Below, one piece after another: positions 9,893 to 20,712 of a DNA stretch of 64,000 nucleotides. A program made the translations under genes and the position numbers. The DNA lies in assembly GCA_963669175.1 (NCBI GenBank), contig OY769902.1:1743515-1807514 (forward strand). Direction: 5' to 3'. The notes beneath the pieces were generated by a model. It made no database searches, was not told where the DNA came from, and saw nothing but the letters and a program-made list of their open reading frames with translations. How positions within the stretch are numbered: the stretch's first letter is position 1; every line of letters starts with the position of its first letter. This stretch comes from a bacterium (GTDB taxonomy: Bacteria; Electryoneota; Electryoneia; Electryoneales; Electryoneaceae).

Positions 9893-11476
9893 TCACAACT
9901 TTATATCAAGTGAATCTTTCACCTTCCTGACAACGTAAATCCATTCCTGGCCAACACGTAGTGAGTCGCTCGGGCTGAATCCCGCAAGATCCGTCAGCAC
10001 AATACCGCGTTGCGAAGAATCGTCTGGCGCCAGTCCGATAACCAGGAGTCGATTACTGCCCTGGAATACGCTGTCCGGGAGTGGGGAAGGACAGGCAATT
10101 CTTGTGCGCTCACGTTCATGCTGTGCGATAGTTATCTGCAAGTTGGCAGACGATATATTCCGTACCTGTATCGTATTCAATGTGGGAAAATCGACCATTG
10201 CCGCGCGTGAGGAATAGGAACCATCGAAAAACACCAGGGCTGCTTCTCCTTCCGGATCAAGGCTGATAATCGCATCACGCCACTCGCCAAGGTTTCTGTC
10301 GTTCGCTTTTATACTGCTTGCAGTGCAAGGCGGTGTGATGGCATACACTTGCCATGGATGGGTAAACCAGAGCAGCGACAGTAAAAGGACGACACCTGTC
10401 GCGGACCAGGCCTGCCAGGAACTGCGTGCCGCAAACACAAGCATCAAAGCGGCTATCAGGGTCAACGCCGGGACCAGCAGCAGGAAATAGCCGTCATGAA
10501 ACAACACAACTAATGCGATTACGGGCAAGATTGTCCAGGCCAGGAAAAAGGAACGGATGTAACTGTCCTGATCACGCCATGCAGCCCAGAGCACATGAAG
10601 CCGGGGCAGCAGGGCTACGGGGGCAAAACCGATAGCCAGCAGCAAATATATCCCTGAATGGCTCAGTTGATAGAGAAGGCTTCGTGTTGTGGTATGGAAT
10701 CTGCCGATTTCGAAATCCCGTATCCCGCGAGCGAGGTATTCCACACCCTGACCGGATGCGATTGCAGCGGGCAGAAACCATAACAGGATGCCAATGAGCA
10801 AAGCGGCAAGCGAGGTCAGCATGTGCGATGAACGGGCGTAATCCTTTTTCATTCCCCACACCAGCAATGGGATGAGCAACAGGCTTTCCGGACGCCAACC
10901 CCCCATCCACCCGATAAAAAACGCGGCAATACTCCAGTACCACAGGCTTCTTTTATCCCAGAGTACCAGCCATGCTCCAAGAATACTGATCACAGCAGAT
11001 GCGGAGTAACTCAAGCCGATTTCACTGTAAAACCAGAGCAGGGGATTAAATGCCATCAACACAGCGGCCAGGAGGGCGAACAGCTCCGCTTCCTGCAAGT
11101 TCAGGCCGATACGTTCTGCCAATGGACCACGCGCGAACCAGTGTAAAAGGAAAATCGCCAGCAGGGTTTGTAACAGCGATGCGGCATGCAAAACATCCAG
11201 TGCGGCGCCCTGAATCAGGAGACGAAGCGCCTGTAAAACCAGCACATGGTTCAGGTAACCGGGGAAATGAGGCATGTCTTCACCCGGATGCCATCCGTCA
11301 ACCGCCATGATGAAATTGAAGCTTTCCCAACCGTATGGCTCGGCGGCGACATAGGGGAGACGGCTGACCAGGGTGATCAGTAGCAACAGCCAGATACCGT
11401 AACGGTAAAAGGCGGTGCCACCCGTGGTCAGAGCTTGATCTGCCGTGTTCAGGCTTGCTTCCTGGGGTGAACTCAT
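9893..11476 (-). CDS. polytopic integral membrane protein, possibly a GT-C-type glycosyltransferase (ArnT/PMT-like)
   Basis: 527 aa. About 10 predicted hydrophobic helices followed by a C-terminal soluble domain of roughly 170 aa. Architecture resembles GT39/GT83 enzymes. Family assignment is a guess from topology only. Confidence 0.4.
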   Translation of the reverse strand: MSSPQEASLNTADQALTTGGTAFYRYGIWLLLLITLVSRLPYVAAEPYGWESFNFIMAVDGWHPGEDMPHFPGYLNHVLVLQALRLLIQGAALDVLHAASLLQTLLAIFLLHWFARGPLAERIGLNLQEAELFALLAAVLMAFNPLLWFYSEIGLSYSASAVISILGAWLVLWDKRSLWYWSIAAFFIGWMGGWRPESLLLIPLLVWGMKKDYARSSHMLTSLAALLIGILLWFLPAAIASGQGVEYLARGIRDFEIGRFHTTTRSLLYQLSHSGIYLLLAIGFAPVALLPRLHVLWAAWRDQDSYIRSFFLAWTILPVIALVVLFHDGYFLLLVPALTLIAALMLVFAARSSWQAWSATGVVLLLSLLWFTHPWQVYAITPPCTASSIKANDRNLGEWRDAIISLDPEGEAALVFFDGSYSSRAAMVDFPTLNTIQVRNISSANLQITIAQHERERTRIACPSPLPDSVFQGSNRLLVIGLAPDDSSQRGIVLTDLAGFSPSDSLRVGQEWIYVVRKVKDSLDIKL

Positions 11477-12240
11477 GCCGTAAAATAGAAAGCCCGGACA
11501 GATGATGAAAGAGAAATCTTACACTCTAGTGCGGATATTTCACGAACGAAACATGGATAATCATCTTAACACAGTTCATATCAGCACAACACAACTGATT
11601 CATACAGCATTTTTCAGGGGACAGTTTGCTCCGGTATCCCTTTGCATGTTTATTCCCTGTTTCGCTGGCAAAATGAGGCTGGGTTTCGGCAACCGCCCCG
11701 GCAGGGGCAACCTGTATTAGCCCCGGGCAGCCGCCGTTTGTTTGGCGGCTACCCGGGGAGATGATTCCCACCATATATTTACTCCGGCAGGAGTAACCTA
11801 AAAATTAATAAAGATATACAACATGAATGGTATGGCAACCCGCTGCCGGGGTTGTTCATGAGGAGAGCATTCATTTCCCACCGTGAGCGCCAAACAGACG
11901 GCGCTGGACGGTGGGCTAATACAGAGAACCACTGCCGTGGTTCTTCTCCTGCCCTTTCCAACGAGGATTCTTGCCCTTGCATTTCCATCAAGGATCACAT
12001 GTGCAAGTGCCAGTCGCGCAATATCCGGTCCACTAGCAATTCAACAGTAACGCGGGTCTTCGGAGCAGAGGTATTTACAGGATGCACATGATGGGGAAGG
12101 ATGAACAGGATAGGAATCATTGGTAAACATCAAAAGAAAAGGGTTCTCAGTTTTGGATTTAATTTTGTATGAACCCTGTTTGACGAGCAAACAGGGGCAG
12201 GTTATAGGGGGCAGGTTGCAGGGATGAAATTTTATGAATT

Positions 12241-12281
12241 TATCAAAGAAAAGGCTGTCAATCCTTTGAATTGACAGCCTT
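12241..12281 (-). terminator. intrinsic terminator downstream of glnS
   Basis: Perfect 12-bp stem aaggctgtcaat / attgacagcctt with a 7-nt loop, about 25 nt after the glnS stop, followed on the minus strand by TTCTTTG. Confidence 0.5.
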
Positions 12282-12305
12282 ATGATAAACCTTATTTGGA
12301 AAGCT

Positions 12306-14015
12306 TCATCCCTTTTTCTGAATCTTTGCCCAGGAATCGCGCAGGGTGACGGTCCGGTTATAAATGACATGGTCCGGCGTGGAATTCTTATCCATGCAGA
12401 AATAGCCTTTGCGCTCGAACTGGCAACGGAAGCCCGGTTCCTCTTCGCCCAGTGAGGGTTCCAGCTTGCAACCGTTCAGAACCTGTACGCTGTCGGGATT
12501 GATCGCTTGCTTGAAGCTGACGCCATCGCTCTCATCCATCGGGTTGGACTTGGTGAACAGGCTTTCATACAAGCGCACTTCAGCGTCAACCGCATGTTTC
12601 GCCGATACCCAGTGCAGTGTCGCTTTTACCTTGCGGCCATCGGGAGAGTTGCCGCCGCGTGATGCCGGATCATAGGTGCAGCGCAGTTCAACGATATTCC
12701 CCGCATCATCCTTCACCACCTCGTTGCAGGTCACGAAATAGGCGTAACGCAAACGAACCTCACGTCCCGGCGCCAGGCGGAAGAACTTCTTGGGCGGATC
12801 TTCCATGAAGTCATCACGTTCGATGTAAAGTTCACGGCTGAATGGCACCTTGCGCATTCCGGTATCCGGATCTTCCGGGTTGTTCACACTATCCATCTCC
12901 TCAACCAGGTCTTCCGGGTAGTTGGTGATGACGACCTTGAGCGGATCGAGAACCGCCATACGTCTCAACGCGCGTTTGTTCAAATCTTCACGGATGGCAA
13001 ACTCGAGCTGAGAAAATTCAACCGTACTGTTCCGCTTGGCGACACCGATCATATCACAGAAATTCCGGATGGATTCCGGGGTGTAGCCACGACGCCGCAG
13101 GCCGGAAAGGGTCGGCATGCGTGGATCATCCCAGCCGCTCACGATGCCTTCACGCACCAGCTCCAGCAGGCGACGTTTGCTCATGACAGTATAGGTCAGG
13201 TTCAGACGCGCGAATTCGTACTGATGTACTCGGGGTTCTTCGAAAAGCTGATCGAGGAACCAATCGTACACCTCACGGTTGTTCTCGAATTCCAGAGTGC
13301 AGATGGAATGAGAAATGCCTTCGATGTAGTCAGACATGCAGTGGGCATAATCATACATCGGGTAAATGCACCACTTGTCCCCGGTCCGGTGATGGGCAGT
13401 GTGACGAATGCGATACATCAACGGGTCACGCATTTTCATATTGGGGTTTGCCATGTCAATTTTTGCGCGAAGCGTTTTTTCACCGTCCTTGAATTCACCG
13501 TTACGCATCCGTTCGAACAGGTCCAGGTTTTCCTCAACGCTACGATCACGATAAGGACTGTCCTCACCGGCCTGCTTCACGGTGCCGCGAGTTGCACGAA
13601 TCTCCTCTTCCGTCAAGTCGCAGACATATGCTTTCCCCACTTCAATCAACTGCACCGCATAGTTGTACAGTTTTTCAAAGTAGTCCGACGCAAAATGAAG
13701 ACGATCACCCCAAGTGTAGCCCAGCCACTTGATGTCTTCCTGGATCATGTCTACGTAAAGTGTCTCTTCGGTCAGCGGATTGGTATCGTCAAATCGGAGA
13801 TGCGTGATTCCGCCAAAATCCTCGGCAACGCCAAAGTTCAAGACGATGGATTTCGCATGGCCGATATGAAGGAAACCATTCGGTTCCGGAGGAAACCGGG
13901 TCTCGATCTGACGGTTGTACGTATTGTTCCGAATGTGTTCGCGGATGATCTCACGGACAAAATCGGTATTCTCGGAAGATTGTGTTGCAGCTTCGTTGTT
14001 CGCTTTATCTGACAT
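12306..14015 (-). CDS. glnS: glutamine--tRNA ligase
   Basis: HIGH motif ([16 protein letters not shown]) and KMSKS-type motif (VMSKR). Near-colinear with E. coli GlnRS over its full length ([43 protein letters not shown]). ATG at 14015; track start 14033 is GTG. Confidence 0.93.
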   Translation of the reverse strand: MSDKANNEAATQSSENTDFVREIIREHIRNNTYNRQIETRFPPEPNGFLHIGHAKSIVLNFGVAEDFGGITHLRFDDTNPLTEETLYVDMIQEDIKWLGYTWGDRLHFASDYFEKLYNYAVQLIEVGKAYVCDLTEEEIRATRGTVKQAGEDSPYRDRSVEENLDLFERMRNGEFKDGEKTLRAKIDMANPNMKMRDPLMYRIRHTAHHRTGDKWCIYPMYDYAHCMSDYIEGISHSICTLEFENNREVYDWFLDQLFEEPRVHQYEFARLNLTYTVMSKRRLLELVREGIVSGWDDPRMPTLSGLRRRGYTPESIRNFCDMIGVAKRNSTVEFSQLEFAIREDLNKRALRRMAVLDPLKVVITNYPEDLVEEMDSVNNPEDPDTGMRKVPFSRELYIERDDFMEDPPKKFFRLAPGREVRLRYAYFVTCNEVVKDDAGNIVELRCTYDPASRGGNSPDGRKVKATLHWVSAKHAVDAEVRLYESLFTKSNPMDESDGVSFKQAINPDSVQVLNGCKLEPSLGEEEPGFRCQFERKGYFCMDKNSTPDHVIYNRTVTLRDSWAKIQKKG

Positions 14016-14245
14016 GGTCAATCTCGCTCTCACATCGTCATGTTACAGCTTTTCTTTACCGGACTTTTCCGGGCAATTTGTTGACTGGAAGGTACAGGAA
14101 ATCTACGAAGCGGGAAACCCCTTGGAAACATGTTCGGCTTGTCCGGTTCTCTTCAAGAACGGGTTCTTCATAGTGATAAAAAGTGAAGCCAAATGCAGAA
14201 CACCTCTTCCTATGGTTCAATCGTCATCTTATAATTCAGCATATG

Positions 14246-14480
14246 GTACATTGTATGGTTGAAAGCAAAGAGATGGAAAAAGGGGACTGCCTCCTTTCCC
14301 TGGAGTAAAACTATCCCACTGTGAACATGGACCGGGAAAGGTGGCTGTACCCTTTTCCTTGCGAGCAGGCAAGTAGTCCATGGAAAAGGGTACAGTTTCC
14401 TTTTCTGCAAGTTCAGCGAGAGTGTTTTGTGCGAGCATGAAGAAAAGGATTCCGTCCCCTTTTCCTGACAGCATGTCTAT
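14246..14480. repeat. repeat family B, copy 1 (about 235-bp hairpin-rich element)
   Basis: Shares roughly 80-90% identity with 35414..35663 and 44698..44962. Built from four imperfect palindromic modules of GGAAAAGG...CCTTTTCC type. Short ORFs inside differ in length between copies. Confidence 0.6.
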
Positions 14481-14552
14481 AATTCCATAATGACTGAACT
14501 TAATCAAGGAAAGCCATTTTAATACTTGCATGAATCGGACAAAGGAGTCTGT

Positions 14553-15452
14553 ATGGGCAACCGTCCCGTTGTCTTCGGTGAAATTCTAATGGACGTCTTC
14601 CCTGATGGTCAGGCTATCCCGGGAGGCGCTCCGTTTAACGTGGCCTGTCACCTTGCCGCGTTCGGAGCAGATCCGCTCTTCATCAGCGCCGTGGGAAATG
14701 ATGACCATGGTCGTCAACTTCTCCAACTGATGGAAAGCAATCGAATGGATATCTCCGGAATTCAGATATCAGATACCCATCCAACGGGAACAGTCGCTGT
14801 TGCCATAAGGAACAACGAACCGGAATACACGATCCAGACCGAAGTGGCCTGGGATTTTATTGAACCTTCACACCAACTACTGGAACAGGCGACTTCATCT
14901 GGCAACATCCTGGTATTTGGAACCCTTGCCCAACGGTCTGTCGTTTCAAGGAATTCCCTGCAGCGATTACTTGCCGATTCAAGCATGCTGTCGCTTGTCG
15001 ATTTGAACCTTCGGCAGCCTTTTATTGCTGAAGAAGTCATCAAGGACAGCTTGAAGCGTGCATCTTTTGTCAAGCTGAATCGTGCTGAACTGGGGAGAGT
15101 AACCGGACATGTCAGCAGATCAGAGCATGACCTTATTCAGGATGCTCGTGAGCTGGTCAACCGTTACCGGAGCGACGCCCTGTGGGTCACTTGCGGCGAG
15201 GAAGGTAGCTGGTATATCGGCAAAAACGGTGATGTTGAACATTATCACGAAACCAGGAATGAGAATATCGCTGATACAGTTGGCGCTGGCGATGCCTATA
15301 CCGCAGTCCTGGTGCTTGCATATATAAACGGATGGAATACCGGCATTACCCTGAAGCGAGCGCATCGCTTTGCTGCGGCAATTTGCAGTGTTCGTGGCGC
15401 GCTTCCGGCCGATCACGAGTTCTATTCGCCCTGGATAAGGGAATGGAAATAG
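14553..15452 (+). CDS. PfkB-family carbohydrate kinase (fructokinase/ribokinase-like)
   Basis: N-terminal VVFGEILMD...GGAPFNVA and C-terminal DTVGAGDAYTA (PfkB signature). RBS AAAGGAG 5 nt upstream of the ATG at 14553. Confidence 0.75.
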   Translation: MGNRPVVFGEILMDVFPDGQAIPGGAPFNVACHLAAFGADPLFISAVGNDDHGRQLLQLMESNRMDISGIQISDTHPTGTVAVAIRNNEPEYTIQTEVAWDFIEPSHQLLEQATSSGNILVFGTLAQRSVVSRNSLQRLLADSSMLSLVDLNLRQPFIAEEVIKDSLKRASFVKLNRAELGRVTGHVSRSEHDLIQDARELVNRYRSDALWVTCGEEGSWYIGKNGDVEHYHETRNENIADTVGAGDAYTAVLVLAYINGWNTGITLKRAHRFAAAICSVRGALPADHEFYSPWIREWK

Positions 15453-15591
15453 GGCGAAAACGTGACAGAACACGATTGGAGCAATCCCGGTTTTTGTTTG
15501 GAAAACACAGATTGATAAAATCTCTTGTTGTAAGCAGCAGCAACAGGTTGTAAACTATGTGTTCACATTGTACCCAGGGGAGGGGATTAGT

Positions 15592-16308
15592 ATGAACCTG
15601 TCAGACTTGCAGTCGCAACAACCTGTAATTACCCGTGAACAAGCGGAAGTTCAGATCAGGGCATTCATCAACAAGGTTTACGGCTGGATGGCGCTTGCCC
15701 TGATTCTGACGGGATTTGTCGCGTGGTGGGTGGCGAATGATTTGGCGCTGGCACGTTTTATCGCCAGCAACAACTTCATCTTTTACGGTTTGTTGATCGG
15801 CACTCTTCTGATGGTGGGCGCGTTGTCCGGTTGGGTTCACCGGATGTCGCCGGTTACCGCGATTGCTGTATTTATGGGCTATTCGGCGTTGAATGGCGTA
15901 CTATTGAGTTTCATCTTCCTCGTTTATACGAAAGAATCGATTGCCTCCACATTTTTTATTACCGCAGGCACTTTTGCCGTGATGAGCGTGTACGGGTTTG
16001 TCACCAAAACAGACCTCACCCGCATCGGAAACCTGTTGTTCATGGCCCTGCTTGGATTTCTACTTGCCAGCCTTGCCAATATCTTCTTCCACAGCGAAAC
16101 ATTGTACTGGGTGACTACCTATGCAGGTATCCTGATCTTTGTCGGTTTAGTGGCTTATGACACCCAACGGTTGAAGATGATGGCGTTGGGTACTGTCAAT
16201 GATGAAGACATGATGACCCGGGCATCGGTTATCGGTGCGTTGCGGCTGTACCTGGATTTCATTAATCTGTTCCTGTTGCTGCTTCGTATTTTCGGACGGC
16301 GGCGGTAG
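15592..16308 (+). CDS. Bax inhibitor-1/YccA (TMBIM) family membrane protein
   Basis: Seven hydrophobic segments. Conserved ...LVAYDTQRL... motif near the C-terminus. RBS GGGGAGGGG before the ATG at 15592. Confidence 0.8.
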   Translation: MNLSDLQSQQPVITREQAEVQIRAFINKVYGWMALALILTGFVAWWVANDLALARFIASNNFIFYGLLIGTLLMVGALSGWVHRMSPVTAIAVFMGYSALNGVLLSFIFLVYTKESIASTFFITAGTFAVMSVYGFVTKTDLTRIGNLLFMALLGFLLASLANIFFHSETLYWVTTYAGILIFVGLVAYDTQRLKMMALGTVNDEDMMTRASVIGALRLYLDFINLFLLLLRIFGRRR

Positions 16309-16384
16309 TGAAACGATCCTACTAAATCGGTCTACGTTGGAAGCTTTACGTCGTCAGGTCACACGCATGAAAATCGTATGCGCA

Positions 16385-16564
16385 AGACCTGACGAAACTG
16401 GCGCTGCATTAGACCTGACGAATCTGGCGCTGCATTAGACCTGATGAAACTGGCGCTGAATTAGACCTGATGAAACTGGTGCTGCATTAGACCTGACGAA
16501 ACTGGCATGGAGTAGACCTGACGAAACTGGCGCTGCATTAGACCTGACGAAACTGGCATGGAGT
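16385..16564. repeat. tandem array, 7 copies of a 25/26-bp unit (agacctgacgaaactggcgctgcatt)
   Basis: Seven head-to-tail units with a few substitutions; two units end in ggcatggagt. No spacers, so not CRISPR. Lies between the BI-1 gene and a small OMP gene. Confidence 0.85.
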
Positions 16565-16673
16565 AGAATCTGACCTAGCTTGTTGTGTCGGGTCTTGAGA
16601 CGCGAAGCGGATTGTGACCCGACACCGCGCGATTGGGTTATTGACGAGTCAATTCAAAAGATTCTCCGGGGTG

Positions 16674-17348
16674 ATGATGAGAAAGCTACTGGCAGGATTG
16701 CTGTTTCTTGTTGTGTATGTATCGTCCACGCTGGCTCAACCCTATGCCAAAGGAAACTGGCTGGTTGGCCCGGCGATTGGCGATATCGCGTTGGGGGGAT
16801 TTGAATCCCAGATTGATTCAGCGACAACCACAACAACCCTGCTGACCGGCGTACTCGGTGTCAAACTGCAATGCCACAGCGGGCTGTTTGTCGCAAAGAA
16901 ACTGAACATCGGCCTGCTGCTGGATTACAATACCTACGCGGAAGAATCACAGCCTGACCCCGATCCCACCAACATGGAAATCACGGATGGGTGGGGAGAA
17001 ATCCTGATTGGATTGTACGCGCGATACTACATGCCAATTGCGGAACGGTGGGCAGTGTACCCGGAAATCGCCATCGGTTGGGGGGGGTACCAGAGCCTAT
17101 CACTGGTGAACAGCACAGCCATGGCGGAACAGAAAACAGAGGTAATCGCACGTGGTTTCGCAGCGAATGTGACTATCGGAGCCGGGTATTTCTTCAGCGA
17201 GCAGGTCTCTCTCGATTTTTCCATCAACTATGGGCTGGGGCAGTTAACCGGTGAACGGAATGTTTCAGGCAGCAATCAACAGGATATTACCATCACCCTG
17301 GCGGATGTGGATTTCCTGATCGGGGCGACCCTGTTCTTCGGCGATTGA
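16674..17348 (+). CDS. small outer-membrane beta-barrel protein (putative)
   Basis: Signal peptide MMRKLLAGLLFLVVYVSSTLA. Alternating hydrophobic beta-strand pattern. About 225 aa. Confidence 0.45.
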   Translation: MMRKLLAGLLFLVVYVSSTLAQPYAKGNWLVGPAIGDIALGGFESQIDSATTTTTLLTGVLGVKLQCHSGLFVAKKLNIGLLLDYNTYAEESQPDPDPTNMEITDGWGEILIGLYARYYMPIAERWAVYPEIAIGWGGYQSLSLVNSTAMAEQKTEVIARGFAANVTIGAGYFFSEQVSLDFSINYGLGQLTGERNVSGSNQQDITITLADVDFLIGATLFFGD

Positions 17349-17351
17349 GAA

Positions 17352-18131
17352 TCAGGGGTATTTTGCCAGGATAATCTCGGTATTGTAGAGAGTAGCTGCA
17401 CCAGTTGACTCCGAATCATCCAGCATCCATGAATACAGGTGCAAAGTAGTGCCGTCTTCGCTGATCGTGTACGTCATCGGGTTCATATACCAGCGGGTGT
17501 GATCTTCAATTTCGCTTCCATACCAGATCATCCAGCCGCCCCTGGTCATGAATTTAAAAGGCAGACCACTGACACACTCAATAGCCAACTCAAGCTCAGC
17601 ATCGGTTGTGTTAAAATTGTATAATCCCTCGTTCATTTCATACCATGTACTGTCTCCCATCGTGGCATCAACAACTTCCCAGTACCCGGCGAGCCTGGCA
17701 TCTGTATTTTCCGTGCGCTTCAGGTACGTTTCCATCACGTCCTGACCATTCTTCGTCCATCGCAGGTTCAGCATACCCGACTCAGAGATTTCGTACCGAC
17801 CGTTGATGACCTGGTCATACGTAATCCAATTGTACAGGGCATAGTAGGGATCCGTTGTTTCCCATAAAAACGGCGTATATTCAATCGAGCCGCCTCCCAG
17901 GTTCATGGGTTGCCATATTCCGCGATCCAGACGTTCAACTCCTTCCCAGCCATAATAGCGCTGGTAGACCAGGGAAGGATTGAACAGGCCGTCAATGGTC
18001 CGGTGAATCAGGAACCACTCGCCCATGAAAGGATGAACTTCCTCCGGCTCATCCTCCTCCAATTCCCAGTCACAACCGTAAAACAGGAACAACGCCATGA
18101 AAATCACGATGAGATGTGCCTGGAAACGCAT
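17352..18131 (-). CDS. lipoprotein, W/Y-rich, function unknown
   Basis: [20 protein letters not shown]: signal peptide with lipobox-like cysteine. Aromatic-rich mature region. Start at ATG 18131 assumed; track start is 18155. Confidence 0.5.
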   Translation of the reverse strand: MRFQAHLIVIFMALFLFYGCDWELEEDEPEEVHPFMGEWFLIHRTIDGLFNPSLVYQRYYGWEGVERLDRGIWQPMNLGGGSIEYTPFLWETTDPYYALYNWITYDQVINGRYEISESGMLNLRWTKNGQDVMETYLKRTENTDARLAGYWEVVDATMGDSTWYEMNEGLYNFNTTDAELELAIECVSGLPFKFMTRGGWMIWYGSEIEDHTRWYMNPMTYTISEDGTTLHLYSWMLDDSESTGAATLYNTEIILAKYP

Positions 18132-18310
18132 TTTTTCTCCGTCATTCAATAGCATCCCTGAAAGTAGGCTACTGGTTGAATATTCGCAAGCAGTCAGCTT
18201 CGTTAAAGAATTATACGCTTGTGAACCGATTTGTTTGTCTTGATTGCACCGTCTCCCATTTATCAGCTATTTACACGGCAGAGCGAGTCAGCGAGTGTTA
18301 TATTCCCGCC

Positions 18311-19402
18311 ATGAACCAGGAATTGTTAACACAGCGCATAGGTGCGATCCGGGAACGGCTGAGCGAAGTCGAAAAGACCATGGCTGATCCGGAGGTCGCC
18401 TCAGATCCCAGGAAGCTGGGTGAATTGGGCAAGGAACACGCCCGCTTGGAACGCACGCTCAAGATCGCTGATGCCCTTGAGGAAGCACGTGAGCAGCTCG
18501 ATGCCTCACGTGAGCTTCTGGACGAAGAGGATGAAGAGATGGCCGAGCTGGCTCGTGCGGAGGTAGCCGAGCTGGAGACCCAGACCGCCAAGCTCGAAAG
18601 TGATCTTTACGTGGCCATCGTTCCGGCATCACCGGAGGATGACCGTAACGCCATCATCGAAATTCGCGCCGGGACCGGCGGTGAAGAGGCCGGACTGTTT
18701 GCCGGGGACTTGTACCGTATGTACCAGCGTTTCGCAGAACGGCAGAACTGGTCACTGGAAGTGGTGTCCATGCATGCCAGCGAAATGGGCGGCTTCAAGG
18801 AAGTCATCTTCACCGTCAAGGGTGATGAAGTTTACGGTATCCTGAAGTTTGAGGGCGGAGTTCACCGGGTGCAGCGAGTGCCGGAAACAGAATCGCAGGG
18901 CCGGATTCATACATCCGCTGCTACTGTTGCCGTGCTGCCGGAAGCGGAAGAAGTGGATGTTGCCATTGATCCAAAGGATCTCCGCATAGATGTCTATCGT
19001 TCTTCCGGGCCGGGTGGGCAGTCGGTTAATACGACTGACTCCGCGGTACGTATTACACACGTGCCAACCGGCTTGGTGGTAACCTGCCAGGATGAGAAGA
19101 GCCAGCACAAGAACAAGGCGCAGGCCATGCGTGTGTTGCGTTCACGTCTGTACGAGATCGCCCTGGAAGAGGAACGTGCCAAGCGTTCCGCCAGCCGGAA
19201 GCAACTGGTTTCCACCGGGGATCGTTCGGCAAAGATCCGGACTTATAATTTCCCGCAGGGACGTGTGACCGATCATCGTATCAACCTGACCCTGTACCGG
19301 TTGAACGAGATCCTCGAAGGTGACTTGTACGATGTGCTGGACGCCCTGAGACTGGCAGACGCGGAAGACCGGCTGAAGGAAGCTACACAACAACCGGCGT
19401 AA
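18311..19402 (+). CDS. prfA: peptide chain release factor 1
   Basis: GGQ motif ([23 protein letters not shown]) and an RF1-type tripeptide region ([23 protein letters not shown]). ATG at 18311 (MNQELL...) gives about 363 aa. The track's longer ORF starts upstream and overlaps the neighbouring gene. Confidence 0.9.
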   Translation: MNQELLTQRIGAIRERLSEVEKTMADPEVASDPRKLGELGKEHARLERTLKIADALEEAREQLDASRELLDEEDEEMAELARAEVAELETQTAKLESDLYVAIVPASPEDDRNAIIEIRAGTGGEEAGLFAGDLYRMYQRFAERQNWSLEVVSMHASEMGGFKEVIFTVKGDEVYGILKFEGGVHRVQRVPETESQGRIHTSAATVAVLPEAEEVDVAIDPKDLRIDVYRSSGPGGQSVNTTDSAVRITHVPTGLVVTCQDEKSQHKNKAQAMRVLRSRLYEIALEEERAKRSASRKQLVSTGDRSAKIRTYNFPQGRVTDHRINLTLYRLNEILEGDLYDVLDALRLADAEDRLKEATQQPA

Positions 19403-19665
19403 GACGATGATGATACCATGCTGAAAGGTCGCAACCTGATCCTTGCGGGTGATGGGGGATCGTTCAGCATTTTGTATTTTGTATGTGAAGACTGAGTATA
19501 TGTTCTTCATATGTCATCCCCGACTTGATCGGGAGAACTCCTTCCGTTAGTCAAGGGAGTAGATTTACGGTTGTACTTCGTAAACCGCAAGCTTACGGTT
19601 CCCGCCTTCGCGGGAATGACGCAACGGAATACGCCAACATTGGGATTTTGACTTTGTCACCCGCG

Positions 19666-20532
19666 ATGAAAGACACAGTGCTTGACCTTCTGCAGAAGGG
19701 CACGGACTACCTGGAAAGGAACCGGGTGGAAAATGCTCGTTTGGAAGCGGAGCGTCTGATTGCTGCGGCCCTGAACATGACCCGTGTTGAGCTCTACCTG
19801 AAATTCGACCGTCCTTGCACGGCTCCCGAGAAAGAGTTGTTACGTGATCAACTGGCGCGTCGTGCGAAAGGGGAACCTCTCCAGTACATCCTTGGCTATG
19901 CGGATTTTTTCAACAGCCGTTTGAAAGTGCGTCCCGGAGTGCTGATTCCACGACCGGAGACCGAGCTGATCATTGAGCTGGCGCGTCAGCATATGCCGGA
20001 AGGCGGTTTCGTCAATGGCATGGACATCGGCTGCGGCAGCGGGGCACTGGCGCTAACCCTGCTGAAAGAGAACATCGTAAAAAGGATGGTGGCTGTTGAT
20101 ATCTCGCCGGATGCTATCGCGGTCACCCGTGAAAATGCGGAAGCGATGGAACTGGGTAAAGACCGGTTGCGGGTAGTGCAGGCGAATGCGTTCAACGGTT
20201 CCCTGAAAGCCTATGAAGCGGATGGCGGAGCTGACCTGATCGTTTCCAATCCACCGTACATCCGTGACGATGAATGGTCCTCGCTGCAACGGGAAATTAC
20301 GGAATACGAACCCCGCATTGCCCTCCTGTCAGGTTCTGACGGTCTGGATGCGCACCGTGCGCTAGCGGCTGCATTGCCGGGCTGGTTGAAGGAGGGTGGA
20401 TTTTTCCTCGGTGAGATTGGCGAATCACAAGGAGATGACGCCAGCAGGCTGCACCGTGCCTGGTCGGCAAAAGTTGAGTTGGCGCAGGATCTTACCGGAC
20501 GAGACCGGGTGGTTATTGCCATGAAGATGTGA
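19666..20532 (+). CDS. prmC: release factor glutamine N5-methyltransferase (HemK/PrmC)
   Basis: NPPY motif (VSNPPYI), SAM-binding MDIGCGSGALAL, conserved position right after prfA. ATG at 19666. Confidence 0.85.
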   Translation: MKDTVLDLLQKGTDYLERNRVENARLEAERLIAAALNMTRVELYLKFDRPCTAPEKELLRDQLARRAKGEPLQYILGYADFFNSRLKVRPGVLIPRPETELIIELARQHMPEGGFVNGMDIGCGSGALALTLLKENIVKRMVAVDISPDAIAVTRENAEAMELGKDRLRVVQANAFNGSLKAYEADGGADLIVSNPPYIRDDEWSSLQREITEYEPRIALLSGSDGLDAHRALAAALPGWLKEGGFFLGEIGESQGDDASRLHRAWSAKVELAQDLTGRDRVVIAMKM

Positions 20533-20712
20533 AACCACACTGTAAATTACTGTCACAGATTTTATGCACGCCTTTTTACAAGCTGATAATCTTAATCTGC
20601 TGATAAATAGGATATTATATTCCTAAAGAATACCATTAACCTCCCTCAACCTTTCAGGCATACCAATTGCAAAACGGCAGTTGGGGGCCGAAAAACTTTG
20701 GGGGATATTTCC

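Noticed and set aside
13224-14012. 262-aa plus-strand ORF
   Set aside because: Antisense to glnS, which is unambiguous.
14210-14531. Small overlapping ORFs (66 and 100 aa) with similar counterparts at 35375..35676
   Set aside because: The protein similarity comes from nucleotide-level conservation of repeat family B. ORF boundaries and lengths differ between copies, so they are not conserved genes.
16385-16564. CRISPR array
   Set aside because: The units abut head-to-tail with no unique spacers, and no cas genes are nearby. It is a plain tandem repeat.
18116-18310. Extended N-terminus of prfA from the track start
   Set aside because: The extension overlaps the convergent lipoprotein gene and adds 65 residues not found in RF1. 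The ATG at 18311 gives a canonical roughly 363-aa RF1.
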